A DNA stretch of 64,000 nucleotides from Eledone cirrhosa (Eukaryota): assembly GCA_964016885.1 (NCBI GenBank), contig OZ024740.1, positions 306,280,001-306,344,000 on the forward strand. The letters run 5' to 3'. The position numbers and the translations under genes are program-made. The notes beneath the pieces were generated by a model, which was not told the origin of the DNA, did not search any database, and saw nothing but the letters and a program-made list of their open reading frames with translations. Shown here in pieces: positions 14,537-29,500 of this stretch. The first letter of the stretch is position 1. Each line of letters begins with the position of its first letter.

Positions 14537-17500
14537 TCTGAAACTTTCAACATCTACTTGAGAAAGGTCAGTGAGGAAGTCAATCTTTAGATATCTGAAG
14601 TGGTCTCCAAGTGGACAAATTTAAGGACAGTAAATACTTTTCTTTTGACCCACTCTTCTCTTAATTGTTCATTTAAATACTTTGCTGTGTCACTTATCAC
14701 ATTTTTATAATTTTCAGAATGTAACTTTTCTTCAACCAGAATATTTTCTTGTAGACTGGCCATTTTGTTGACCAGCTTTTGATGTTGCTTGGTCACTTTG
14801 TTGACCAGCTCTTATTTGTAGCCTGGTCATTTTGTTGTCCAACTCTTGTAGCCTGGCCATTTTGTTGACCAACTCTTGATGTAGCCTGGCCCTTTTGTTG
14901 TCCAGCTCTTCTGTAGTCTGGTCATTTTCTTGACCAGCTCTTGTGTAGCCTGGTCATTTAGTTGGCCAGCTCTTGTTTGTAGCCTGGTCATTTTATTGAC
15001 CAGCTCTTGATGTAACCTGGTCATTTTGTTGACCAGCTCTTGTGTAGCCTGATCATTTTCTTGACCAGCTCTTGTGTAGCCTGGTCATTTTGTTGTTTAT
15101 AGCCTGGTCATTTTCTTGACCAGCTCTTGATGTAGCCTGGTCATTTTATTGACCAGCTCTTGTTTGTAGCCTGGTCATTTTTTTGTCATTTGTAGCCTGT
15201 TCATGTTCTTGTCGTTGTGTGTAGCCTGGTCATTTTCTTGTCCAGCTCTTGACCATTGAACCACCATCTTCACAGCTGTCATTATTTTTCTCTTTTTTAT
15301 TTGTAGGGCTGTCCCTATAAATACAGCCCTTCAAAATATCCATTGGTTGTGTGGTTAAAAAGTTTGCTTTGCAACCACATGAGTTCAACTCCACTGTCTT
15401 CAGAGACCGAGTCATCAGTACTGGAGTGAGTGTACTGACCTCCCTGTTTTTAGAATAGGCACACTGTATTCCTGCATGTCATAAGAGGTGACTAGAAGAG
15501 CTCTCTCTCTTTCTAGTAATAAATAACAATTCATCAATCACTCATAATAATAATAATGAAATTATTGTGTACAGTGCTCAGGTGCACTACAACTCATCAA
15601 AGGTGCATGTATAGTACGTAGAATAATGTACAAATGTCAGGAAAATGAACAGTGTATGAATCATGATATAATAACAACAACAATAATGAAATATTGTGTA
15701 CAGTGCCCAGGTGCACCACAACTCATCAAAAAAGTGCATGTACAGTACATAGGGCAATGCACAAACATCAGTAAAATGAACAGTGCATGAGTCATGATAC
15801 ACACATGTGTGCATGCGTATGGAAGGGGTACATCAGGTGTAGTTTTGGCGTATTTCGGGAAGCATGAGTGTCTTAAAGGATGCAGTGTCTCGGCAGCTAA
15901 CAATTGACGCAGGCAGTTTGTTCCATGCTTCAGCAACTCTGAGCGTGAAAAAATGTCTGCGAAAGTCATGGGAGCTGTGCTGTTTTCTTATCTTGTAGGC
16001 ATGTCCACGTGTGTTAGACACATGGAGATCAAAGAGGCGCTCAGGGTTGCAGTTGGCGAGATGGTTAAAAACTTTGTGGGTATTCACCAAGTCCATTGCC
16101 AGACGTCGGAGCTTCAATGAATCCATGCCCAGGGAAGCAAGGCGTTCAGAGTATGGTAGGTGTCTGATGGAGGGTATGCGCTTGGTTGCACGTCTCTGAA
16201 CAGTTTCCAGGAGGTCAATGTTCCGAGCAAGATAGGGGTTCCAGACTGATGATGCGAATTCCAAGTGTGGTCGCACCATAGCTGTATACAGTTTTAAATA
16301 GATGGCTGGAGAGCGGCTAACAAAGGTCTTGCTGAGTGATGCCAAGACACCCTCGGCCTTCTTGACAATCTTAGAGACATGCTTTGTCCAACGCAAATCG
16401 TTGCTGACAGTAATGCCCAGGTCACGTTCACAAGAGGACTTTAGTGTTGTGGAGGGAGTATGTGGACGCTGGATTTTTCCTTCCAAAATGCATGGTGGTA
16501 CACTTGTCCACAGCCAGCTTCAGTTGCCAGTCTGTGATCCATTGCTGCATTGTGTCCAGGTCTGACTGTAGGAAAGAGTTGTAAATTTCAGGATCAGTCC
16601 TTTTGATTTCAAGGTACAGCTTGATGTCATCTGCATATTTTAGTACCGTGGCATTCTGTAAGTTGGCATCTATGTCATTAATATATGCCACAAACAAAAG
16701 AGGACCAAGAACAGATCCCTGTGGTACACCAGATGACATCTCATATGGTGAAGAATGCTGTCCTAGAACCGTGACTATTTCCTTTCGGCTGAGAATGAAG
16801 GATTTCAGCCAGTCGAAAAGATCATCCCTCACACCCATTGCAGAGAGTTTTGCCATAAGTCTTTTGTGTGGCACAGAATTAAAAGCCTTAGCAAAGTCAA
16901 GGTAAACAACATCCACCCATGAGCCGCTGTCAGTGATCCGGGTGATGTCCTCAAGGAACTCGATAAGCTGATCACAGCAGCTGGAGTTAGGGATAAATCC
17001 AAACTGTGAGGGCCGGATGAGGCTGTGAGAGCTCCAGAAGTTCCAAAGTGTTTCTCTGACACAGGATTCCATCAGTTTGGCCATACAGCTAGTAAGACTG
17101 ACTGGACGACAGTTGACAGGTGACATGCGGTTGCCCTTTTTGAACAGGGGAATGACACTGGCAGTTTTCCACTGCTCCGGAGTAGCACCATTGCTGAGAC
17201 AGTATTGAAAGAAAAAAGAAAGCTGGCGCAAAAGGAAATCCCCGCCACGTTTGATGTTTAACTGAGGAAACTAAATAATTAACTATGCAATTTCACATTG
17301 TTGGTATCATAAATAATGTTTAATATATTTTTTTGTGCTCATCTCAATTTGAAATCACTATTCACACTTTGATGTGGCAAGGTCTTACTTAGAAATTATA
17401 TATGCTCACTTAGAATTACAAATACTATAGATGATGTTGATGATGATAATGTACATATTTCATTTATACTTTAAATGATGACATTTTCTCTCTCTTTGTC

Positions 17501-20500
17501 AACAGAATGAAAATTTACTCCGTGAAGCTCTCTGTTCTGAAAATGCACCTTTGAGGCTGGATGCCCTTACTCTTCTCTGCAGCACTGCTAAGAAAGCTGG
17601 TACTACTGCTTTGATATGTTCATTTTGGTTGTGTATGTGTATGTAAATATATAATAATAATAATAATTGTTTCTACTTTTGCCAAGGCCAGCAATTACCC
17701 CAGTGCATTTATTTTATCGACCCTGTAAGGATGAAAGACAAAGTTAACCTCGGTGGGATTTGAACTCAGACTGTAACTCTATGCTGCAAAGCATGGTGTC
17801 CAAATAATGAAAATTATTGTATACAGTCAACTTTCCCTTTCCGCAAATTGCTGGTCTGGTGCCTATGTTAGAATTATTATTGCTATGAAGCCATAAGTTG
17901 AGGGCAGTGGATTGGCAGAATCGTTAGAGCATTGGACAAAATGTTTTGCAGTATTTACTTACAATTCTTAACATTCTGAGTTCAAATCCTGCTAAAGTCA
18001 ATTTTGCCTTTCATCCTTTTGGGGGTCGATAAAATAAAATGCCAGTCAAATACTGGATTCGATCTATTCGATTTCCCCCAACTCTACACATTACTAGCGT
18101 TGTTTCCAAATCAGAAATAATTATATTGAGCAATACTGACTATAGCTTGACATTACTACCTTACATGGTAATTCTAACCTTTTTGCAATCTTTTTGATCT
18201 ACTTCAGATCAAGGTACATAACTCTGTTTTACTGACAATGATTAACATCAGTTATATATATTCAAGTAGTTGGGTAATCTTATGTAAATAAAAATAAAAT
18301 GCAATGATTGTTCCACCTATGCTTCCATTTAAGAATAGCTGCAGAATTATAACATCAGACCAGAATAATAGCAATATTGGCACAGAGACAGAATTGATAG
18401 CTGTAGTTTCATTATCCAAAATTTGTGAGTGAAATTTGATAGAAAGTAACTGCTCAGAAGCCTTTAAGGAACCTGTATATATGTATGAGTGCATGGCCCA
18501 ATTTAATGGGTGGCAATTACCCCGGGCCCCCTGCAGCAGGGGCCTTCACTAGCGACAGCTGTAACAATTTATTTGTGCCCTCTGTTGGGCTTTTTAGTGC
18601 GCTCTGACAATGAAAACTATATTTTTAATAAAAAGTAATCAATGTCCTTACTGTGGCAACAAATTCATCGAATTTTTTCAACTTTAGAGACATCAGATTG
18701 TTATCAGAACAATATCTAATATTTGCTGGTGTCACAAAAACAATGCACCCAGTAGACACTCTAAAGTGGTTACGTTAGGAAGGGCTTCTAGTCATAGAAA
18801 CCATGCCAAATATGTAATGTAATGAGCATGATGAGGTGGCTCCAATGTCTGGTCTTGGACTGTGGAAAGTGGATGTAAAATGAGGATGGTTAGATTTTTT
18901 TAATTTAATACCTATATGTATAACTTTTCAATTGCATTTACTTGTGCCAAACTGACTTTAATATGTAAAATTGGGGGTTTGTTATGTATTCTAATTTTTT
19001 GTGTATGAGAGGCCTCCCAAACCTGATGTGCCACAGGCCCTGCACACTCTAAATCTAGCCCTGTATGTGTGTGTGTCTTAGTATTTGCAGTATTTAGTTC
19101 TGTTTGAGGGTTAACTCTCTCTACTAACATCAACTTATCAACTTGTTATTTGTTTCTTAAGACTTCTTTTCCTGTTCTAATTCCATTAACATCTACTAAT
19201 ATGTGCATTATCAAATTTTACTTACAAAATTTCATGATAAACCTAATTAATTCACTGACATCTTTTAGAAATGCTTCATTCTCTGGAGTCTAAATTGTTG
19301 ATGGAAGCCCTTCCTGTAAACTTGAATATTGATTCAGCCCCATTCCGACAGAATTTGATCTCAGCACTGAAGAAATTGCTAATCAGAATCAGAGACAGTT
19401 GCTCCTCGATGATGAAAACTCAAAATTTAGGCTCTATTGGTAAATATCATTCTTTTTTTTTATGTTCTTTCTTTTTTTTTTTTTAACTTCATTTCAAGTA
19501 TATGATCATCGTTTTTACATCCATTTTTCCATGCTTGCATGGGTTGGACTTGTCCTTTGCAGCATGGCATCTCTCCACTCGTTGTGTTCCTTCATCATCT
19601 CCTCTGTGAGTCTCAGCAATTTGAGGTCAGCTGTCACAATCTCTGCCCAAATCTTCCTTTGTCTACTTCTACTGTAGCTTCCATCCACTGGAATTTCCTG
19701 GCACTTCTTCACCTAGCGATCATCATCCATGTACATCATATGTCCATACCAACACAGTCGTCCCTCCTGCACACCACCTCGGATTCCTCTTAAACCCAGC
19801 TTCTCCCTCAGTTCATCCAAGCTCTGCTTTTCTCTCACATTTTTACTTCATATCCAACAGAGCATAGTGGCTTCATTTCTCTCCAGTCTACACATCCTCT
19901 GCAGTCACAGCCCATGTTTCACTACCTTGCAGCATCGAACTTCACACACAGGTGTCATACAGATTCTAACCAAATAATTTAATAATTTTACTTAACAACA
20001 TGAAATTGTTACACAGATGGCAGAATAGGTACTTTATATATTCATTGTGTATAGGCTGTGGAGATCATTTAACCTAGGAAGAATTGACTCAAGTAGATGT
20101 CAAACTTACTGAATGTTTTGTGACATGTACTCTTGGTTCCCAAATAATATGGGGGGGGGATATGTGTGTGTTGGGGGCGGTGTTGGGAAATCGGTAATTT
20201 TTCTAGGTTGTGTCCATTGACTTTTTAAAACCAGAATTAGTCGTTTAATTTACATATTGAGACCCCCAACCCATCCTATTTATTTTGTAACATATGGGAT
20301 TTCTAGTAATGTACTGGCATGGGTTAAATGAGCTGTCAAGGACCGAGACCAGATGGATCGTAGCAACCAATCTTGCTCATTATGTGTCACATTTGACATG
20401 GTTTCTATGGCCAGCTGCTCTTCCTAACACCAACCATCTTACAGGCTGTGCTGGGTGTTTTTGTGATATAGTACAGATGTGTTTTTGTGACACCAACACT

Positions 20501-23500
20501 ACCACTTCACAGAGTGTTAGTGTTGGTGTATATTATATCTAAGCACCAACACTAATATTTTACAGAGTATACTGGGTGCATGTTATCTTGGCATCAATAC
20601 TACCACTTCACAGAGTGTACTGGGTGCATTTTATTGTGCCAGCACTAAAAAGGCTGTCACAAGCATAGGGACTGCTGATTCTCTGAACCTAAGAAACACA
20701 TATTCAATGTATCCAGAGTATGTGCTTTACTTAGATAGAGTTGATCAGCAATGATGTCTCAACCAATGGACCTCCATCAGTTTCAATGTTGAATGTTTCA
20801 GTTGTTTGATCAATGAGATAGCCTGCTCATGAAATTAATGTGTCAGTGGCTGAGCATTCCACAAACATATGTTCCTTTAATGTAATTCTTAAAAAGATTG
20901 TGTGTGTGACAAAGCTGGCCCATTGAATTCTACACACAGTTAATCTGAAAGGCATCCAAACAGTTTCTGTCTACCAAATTTCCCTCATAAGGCATGGATC
21001 AACCCAAAGCTATAGTAAATAACACATGCTCAAGATGCCATTGGCTTCTAAACAGTTTCCGTCCACCAAATTTCACTCACAAGGCATGGATCAACCCAAA
21101 GCATATGTTAAATAACATATGCTCAAAATGGCATGCAATAGGATTGAACTCAAGACCTAATGAATTCAAAACAAATTCTTTAGCCTTTCAAATAAATTAT
21201 GTCCATGCAACAATGTTTATTTGTAAAACATCACCACTCTAATTTGTGAATAAGACAGAAACTTTATGTCACCTGACATTGGATAGTAACTTATGTGTCT
21301 ACCTCATTGGCAGTTCACAAAGGCTCCCTCTACTTAGCTTTAAGAAATAGAATTAAATCTAATGGGAAAAGTTTATAGTTTTTGCTAGATTATATATGTC
21401 AAAATATCTAATATATATTAGTATAGATAGCGAAAATTTCCAAAGTGTAAATCTTATTTATTTTGTTATCATTGGTAAATCAAAATGTTTGAAATTATAT
21501 GATCCCTATTTGTTATTTTGAGGCAGCGAAATGGAAGTGTCATTAGAACGTTGGATAGAATGCTTTGCGGCATTTGTTTCGGCTCTCTGAGTTCAAATCT
21601 TGCTGAGGTCAACTTTGCCCTTCATCCTTTTGAGGTCAATGAAATAAGTACCAGTCTAATACTGGAGTCGATTCTTCCTTTATACCACTCTCTCGCTTCC
21701 ATTCTCTTACTTTCTCTATCCCTTCTCTGGAAGAAATCTGGTGTTTTCAGACCTGGAGAGGAGATGGGCTCTGCCAAATTTACCAAAATGCCCTAGAAAC
21801 GTTGTATATCAATATGGTACCCCTACAACTCAGGAGTTATGGAACTATGAGAGAGATTTGTTCTTTTAGGCCATATTTGTGATGTTTAAGTATATGCTCT
21901 TGGGTTGCATTCAATCTCACTAGCTTTCTTTTTTTATTCAGAGTTCAAATTCTCTTATCTATTATAAATTGATGTTTCTACTATCTTTTTTTTTTATTGC
22001 TCAGATCCTTCCATTGAATTTATTGATTGGTTGCATAGGTTGTGCACTGAAAACCTTGTCCCTGGTTCAAATTTCCAGCGCCGCAAGATGTGTTTGGAAA
22101 TACTGAATATCATGTATGAAGTATTTGTTCTGCCGGATCTTAGTTGCAAAAGGAAATCTTTCATAGGTATAAAGCAATTTTTAAAATATTCTTCTTGTGT
22201 GAAATCAGTATTTCACTTTCAATAGTATTTACTGTTTGTAACAGATAACTGAGTTGATTGAGTATTAGTCAACTTACTGAGGGGCTGTTGGATGCTGTGT
22301 TGTATCCACCTGGATCTAATCCACTAATGTTGTTTAACCCCAAGTCATCGCCGATCCAGAAAACCTATTATTAAAAGTATTATAGCTGTAACCATGTTAT
22401 CTTTTATTTTAAGATATCAAGGTGCAATTTAATGCCTTTTGGCTGCTATTTCTAGTGGGTAGCATGAACACATAGGGTCTTCTTCATTGGTCTGTTGAGG
22501 TTTGCTTTGCCTAGCTCTAAATAGGTAGCATGTATAGTATATAATTCACTTTATTAAACAGCAGCAGCACTGAGGAATTATTAAGTCATTCACCCTCTTT
22601 TAATGTTGAGTTCAATTCTTTCTACTTGTTCTAGACCATCATCCTATCCAAAGGGAGAATAGTCTCTTGTTTATTTATTTGTATTGAAACTGGTCTAGAT
22701 AACTAGCTAACTAATTCATAGTTATGGTTGCTGAGTTGTTAACCAGTTACTAGCTATGGCTGTTGAGTAGCTAACTAGCTCATAGCTATGGTTATTAAAT
22801 AGCTAACTAGTTTGTTGCTAACTGGCTACTAGCTATGGCTGTTGAGTAGCTAACTAACTAGTAGCTATGATTATTGAGTAGCTAACTAGCTTGTTGTTAA
22901 CTGGCTACTAGCTATGGTTGTTAAGTAGCTAACTAGCTACTAGCTATGGTTGTTAAGCAGCTAACTAGCTAGTAACTATGATTAATATCAAATGTTAGAT
23001 TATGTTTTAAATTTTAATTTAAAATTTTGTCCTTCATTTTTTTCCAGATTCTTTAAAAAAATTGATTACTTTTGCTCAACAAGAAAAAGAGTTATGGGAC
23101 TTTACATCGTCTATGTCATTTGTGTCCATTTTGCTCTGTATCTTAGATGGTGCTGATGAGGTATGCTTATTTTCCATCAATTTGTTAATGAATTATTTCC
23201 TTCATATTGAATTTCACAAAAAATATGTTTATTTCTCTATGCTAGATAACCATGCATCTTTATAATTTCCAGACATAATTGTTAAAAATTCAAAGATTAT
23301 GTGAAACATCATTAAAATTCTAAAATGTCTAAATGTCTGGAATATGTTATTGTTAATGAGATTATATTTCACCAGGCTACTGACTGTATTTTTGGAGTGT
23401 ATATTTACAATGTTCATGTGTATAATATATTTTCATTGGTTTGGTTTCAAATTGTCATCAAGTGTAATGTTTTATTAATGTATTTCTGGCATATTACCTG

Positions 23501-26500
23501 CTGTTGTTTCAAACCAGTTTCATATTAGCCTTTTTGATACTAAACTGCCTGAAATCGGCCTTGGTTCTATATATATAAGTGTTCGTTTAAAGTATTTATA
23601 TTTATCTATATATTTACCCGTCTAACCCATGCTAGCTGGAAGATGTACATTAAACGATGATGAGGATGATGATGATTTCCATCATAATTTTATGTAAAAT
23701 ATTTGTTAAGCTATGTTCCAAACACAAGCTTAAAAATGAGAAAATTAGTTATATTACTTAAACCCTAAAAATTGTTGGTATTTTCGAAATTATTTGAAAA
23801 TCATAGGCATAGAAATATGGAAATGAAATATACAGTCCACACTGTAAAGTGGTCGTGTAGGTATCATGACAAAAAGCACCCAGCATACACTATAAAGTGG
23901 TGTAGGTGTCACAATAAAAATCACCCCGTCCACATTGTAAATGTGGTTGGTGTTAGGAAGGCATCCAACTGTAGAAACCAAGCCAAAATCAGTTCTGCAT
24001 GAGCAAGACATGGTCACCTGATCTGGCTTGTCTCAAAACGGGGCAACTCGTCTAACCCATGCTAGCATGGATAATTGACATCAAACTATGATGATGATGA
24101 TGATGATATTCTACACAAATAAAACACTAAAGTAATACTAGAAACAACAAAACAAATTCCACACCAAAGTAAAACATGTAGAATACAAATACTATACTGC
24201 TTAATCCTTTAGCATTTAGACTAGCCATATCTGACATACCAGAATTCTTTTCATATCTCTCTCTGTTCAAACTGGCTGTAACAAGCTACTCATACTGCTG
24301 TTAAGGTATTGTTCTCAAAATAAATAATATCAAAATCTCATAGATTTGATATTATGTGAGATAAAGCCTTTACCATGAAAATATAATAGTAAATATAGAG
24401 TTATGTAAATGCTAAAGGGTTAAAGATAATGCTGCACACATATGGAGTGCAGTTGGTGGTACATCAGAGACTTGCATGGAACTGTTGAAAACATATATTA
24501 ATAATACTGGCATTTCAATGATTCTCACTACAAAGAAGAATGTCTATGAGGTTCTATTGATTTTTTACATGGCTACACGAGGCCTGCAATATATATAGCT
24601 AGTTGAATAGATCTCACTACTATATGCTTGGTACTTTGTTATTGAGCCCCAAATACAAAGTGAACTCCAGCAGAATTTGAATTGTGAAGATATAGCAGTG
24701 AAACTAAATACTCCAATACAGAAACTCTCCAGTCTTCTACTGTTGCTGGGATTTTACCATCTTTATTGAAAGTAAATATTAATGAGTTACATCTAGCTGT
24801 GTATATAAAGAGGTGTTTTTTGTCTCTTCCTTAGGTGAGAGAGCTTGCTGCAGATATACTTGAGAAGTACTTTGATTGGAGCCCCAAATATCTGTCAAGT
24901 TCTAAGAAGAATCTTCCAGCGCATCTTCTAAGTGAAGCTCTTTGTTTGTGTAACAGTCCTCGACATCCAGATTGTCTCAGTGGAAGTTTGCTTTGCAAGT
25001 TGGTCTTCTGCAAGTGAGTACATTGCCATCATCTTTTATTTATATAAATGGTTGCAAATGATGTAATGAACTGTTCCAAATAGTTTGGTTGTTTTTTTAT
25101 ATCTTAGAATTTAATCCATCTTTGAATGGTACAAACATTTCAGTCATAATTTTTCATGAAATAGAAATAAAAGAAAAATTGGCTAAATGGTTATGGCATT
25201 GCTCTAACCTTTCAAATTAACTGCTGGTATTTTGTGGTGTCTGTGTAAATTCCAAATAGATGAGTTTACTTGGCATTTGGAAATGTTATCTGTAAGAGGA
25301 TAGTGTCTAATCGAGAGGAAGATTTTAACCCTCATAAAACCAGAAAATGTAGTTATCTCCTAATCCCTAATGATCTTTTAAAAGCTAGTGTCTAATTCTG
25401 CCTTCATGATAATAAGTGGCTAAATCTCTCCATGATGAACAGGAAACCAATCTATTGTAAGTAATATTCCCAGATTATTCGAAACTTATTCTAAATAGCT
25501 GAAATAAAGTATTTTGCACAGAAACATACAACAAAGAACATCTGCAGTGGGTTTCACCTTATAACCCAGGAATAGTTTTAACCCAACACTACACCTACAC
25601 TGCTATTCCACATCTTGCATGTCTATAATTTGGTACTATTGAATGAACTAGCTGATACAAAATCCTTTGCAAGAGATTTTTAAAATCTTTATGCATTTAG
25701 GATGGACTGTCCAGGAAAAAATTAATGTGCCTGGTTGTGTCTTGTAAGTAGTAAATGTAGGATAATTTCACCTACTCCAAACTGCTTCACATATCCCAAA
25801 TTGCCTCACATGTCTAAAACTGCTTCATATATCCTAGACTGCCTCACATGTCTAAAACTGCTTCACATATTCCAAACTGCCTCACAGATCCCAAACTGCC
25901 TCACATATCTAATATTTCTTCACATATCCTAGACTGCTTCACATATTCCAATCTGCCTCACATGTCTAAAACTTATTCACAATTCCGAAACTGCCTCACA
26001 TGTCTAATACTGCTTAGCATGCTCCAAACTGCCTTACTTGCTGAAAACTTCTTCCCATGCTCTCCTTCTCTCTCACTTCACTGGCCAACAATTCTCTATC
26101 TTCTAATAACTTTCACATTTCACCCCATCCACACTACTATTTTACCTCTAAACACATTGGTCAGTGTGTCATTGTTTCCATTGCAGAGTTATTGCTGACC
26201 AAAAGAGGTACTTCACAATCCATTCTGTTAGTCGTATGTATGAAGTCGAGGAAACTACACCATCTGAACTGCCCAGTACTCTATATTTCATGCGTTCCTT
26301 ACTGAAACAAATAGAACTTGGGCTGTCTGCTGCTACACAGAACCCTGTGGTGGCATCAAAGGAGAAATCTCTGCATGGTATAAACTTTTCTCTATCTCTA
26401 TGAAAGTCTTCTGTTTACAAACATTAATGCTTAAATGTTTTATTAAGCTGGTGGTGATGATAATGATGATGGTAATGCTGGCATTGGCAAACATAGTTGG

Positions 26501-29500
26501 TAAAGTGGGCTAGTTAGTGGCGATGGTTGGTATCAGAGAGAGGGATGGGAGTTGTGGTGTGACTGGTGATGTTGTTTAACCCCAGATCAGACTTGGTCAA
26601 GTAGACCTGTAATCAAATGCAACAACCATCTGTTACCTCCTAGACAGATGAAACATTTCACATATGCTATTATATGGATTTTTGTTTAATTTTATGATAG
26701 TTTGTAGTATATGATACAATCACAAAATAAAACAAAGATATCCAACACTTGCTAGCTGGGAAAATAGACATTAAATGATGATGGATTTTAAATGACAGTC
26801 ATACTTTTCCACAATGTCAATATTTCAGTTTTAACCTATGATATCTAAATAATCCATTTGCCTAACAAGTACAACTTTGAAATAAAACATGTGAATGGAG
26901 TTCCATTGAAGCATGTAGAAAAGATCAAGTATCTTAGAGCCATGTTTGTGAGTGATGGAAGGCAAGGAGGCTGAATTAAGTGCAAGAATTGCAGAAACTG
27001 GTGCAGTAATGTGCCAGCTTCATCATTCGGTAATCAGAAGAATGGAGGTATGTGTAAAAGCCAAACTCAATATTTTCAATTCAGTATATGTACCAACCCT
27101 TACCTATGGTCATAAATCTTGGGTAATAACTGAAAAAATATGGTCATGAATGCAAGCAGTCAAAATGGGGTTCCTCCAAGGGTCCTTAGAGTAATGTTAC
27201 TTGATAGAATGCATAGCTCGGAGATCAAAGTGTCACTCTAGGTAGAGTCACTACTTCGCTGAATTGAGAGATCACAGCTCCAATACTATGGGAATGTGGT
27301 TAGAATGTCTCAGGAAAGAATCGCTGGACAGATTTTACGGGCAAAACCAATCGGCAGGAGACCCAAGGGTAGACCCCAAGCAAGATAGTTGGATAACATC
27401 CCTGAGCTTGGCTGGTTTCACTTGGAGATCCACCCGGATCAATTGGAGATGGTTGCTTCTGACAGGACCTGCTGGAAGGAGTGTTTGAGGACTGCCCCCA
27501 CAACTCTCTCAGGAATAAGTGGGCGAAGAAGATTTTCATTTTAGTTTAAATTCTTCCCCTCCATACCAATGAATTTTCAGATTATTTAATATACCCTACT
27601 TGTATTAATTTAATATTTCGAACTGAGCAAAAAAAAAATCCCCAGAAAAAAACATTATCGTTATCATTCAACATCCCTTTTCCCTGCTAGTAACTGTTGG
27701 ACATGTCATCACAGACCTAATCACTACTTAATTGGAGATACTGACCTCACAGATGGGTCGGGGGGCTGCATCTTGCTTACATATATTCCTGCACTCTACC
27801 AAGTGCTCAGATGAACCAGAGGGACTGCATGCCGCATATATATTACTGTGTTCTACCAAGTGCTTTTTATAACATTATAACATCAGCACTAGGGAGGCTG
27901 TCATATCATTGACACAATTGAAGAGTCCTCCTGATCCTTTGTTTGGCAAGCTTTCTATGGCTGGATGCACTTCTTATCACCAACCACTTTACAGAATGTA
28001 CTGGGTGTGTTTATCATGTAGATCACCAGCACTAAATCAAAATCATAAAATTTGTAGAAATAATTCTGTCAATGTTATTTATTTATTTTAAAAATTTCTT
28101 CAAGGTCTCATTTGCTGTGTTGAAGAATGTCTACCATACTGTATTGAGTCTGTTGAAGATAATGAGGTTATAGCTTGGCAATCAGTCCTGGAATATATCA
28201 TTAATTTAGCCATCCGTATCATTAACGTTGTCATGTGTATATTATCAGGTGGACAAGATTCTAGTGAGTTGCTTTTATATTACTTTATCTATTTTCTAAA
28301 TATATTTACTGTCCTTTTTAAAAATTATTTTACTGTTTAACCCTTCTGTTAATTTTTAAAAATGAAAATAACCAAGAATTTGGATGGATTTAGTAACATA
28401 ACTAACTTTCTTATTATTAACCCTTTAGCATTTACATTATTTTATATTTACGATTGTATTTTCACGGTAAAGGCTTTATCTCACACAATAGCGAAGTTAC
28501 AAGATTTTGATGTTATTTATCTTGAGAACAATACCTTAACGTTGGTATGATCAGCTCGTTTAAACATAAATGGGGGGGGGGGGGGGGAAATTCTGGGCAG
28601 ATATGGCCGGTTTAAATGTTAAAGGGTTAATCTGGTGTTTGGAATATAACTTAAATATTTTTACATAAAATTATGATGGAAGGTTTTTTAAATAAATATA
28701 AGCACTTTAAAACATCAAATTAAACACTTTTGTATTGTAGAATCAGAAGCATTTTTAAGTGAGTTGGTATTAAAAGGGTTTAAAGTTATTGGACTCTAGC
28801 GATGCTGGACATTGCTGTTAATGGTTTAGTCATTATAAATATAACTAGCTGGCTCTGTGCCATCATAAATGATGGCTAATTGTAGTGTCAAAAGTTAGAG
28901 CATTAGACAAAGTGTTTTGTAATATTTCTTCCAGCTCTTTATGTTCAATTCCTGCCGAGTTCAACTTTATTTTTCATCCTGGAGATCAGTAAAATATAGT
29001 ACCAGTTTAATACTACGGTTGATATAACTGATTTTCCCCTCTTCAAAAATGCAGGCTTTGTGCCTATGTTAGAAGCCATTGTGGATTGGCAGTATCGGTA
29101 GAGGGTCGGACGCCATGCTTTCCAGCATAGTTACGTCCCTTTGCGGTCTGAGTTCAAATCCCGCCGAGGTTAACTTTGCCTTTCATCCTTACAGGGTCGA
29201 TAAAATAAAGTACCAGTAATGTACTGGGTAATTGCTGGCCTTGTGCCTAAAGTAGAAACAATTATTATAATTATTAAAGCTATTAATACTATCATGGAAC
29301 TAAATATATTTTCAGTATCACACAATTTATGTGTTTATCAACTAGTATGCTTTATACAGGTAATATACACCACACTTTCTGTATACATAAGCTGGCTTTC
29401 TGCTGAGTCATTATTATTATTATATTATTATGTTGTTGTTGTTTTTTCTTTCTATACCTCCATCTTCCATAATTTGAAGTAAGAAAATTAATATCTTCTC

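Noticed and set aside
14238-14553. Poly-M/V and poly-D/G ORFs
   Set aside because: Translations of a CAT/CAC microsatellite
14587-15024. Coiled-coil-looking ORFs on the minus strand (MTRLHQELVNK)
   Set aside because: Product of the ~33-bp array; frame shifts between units
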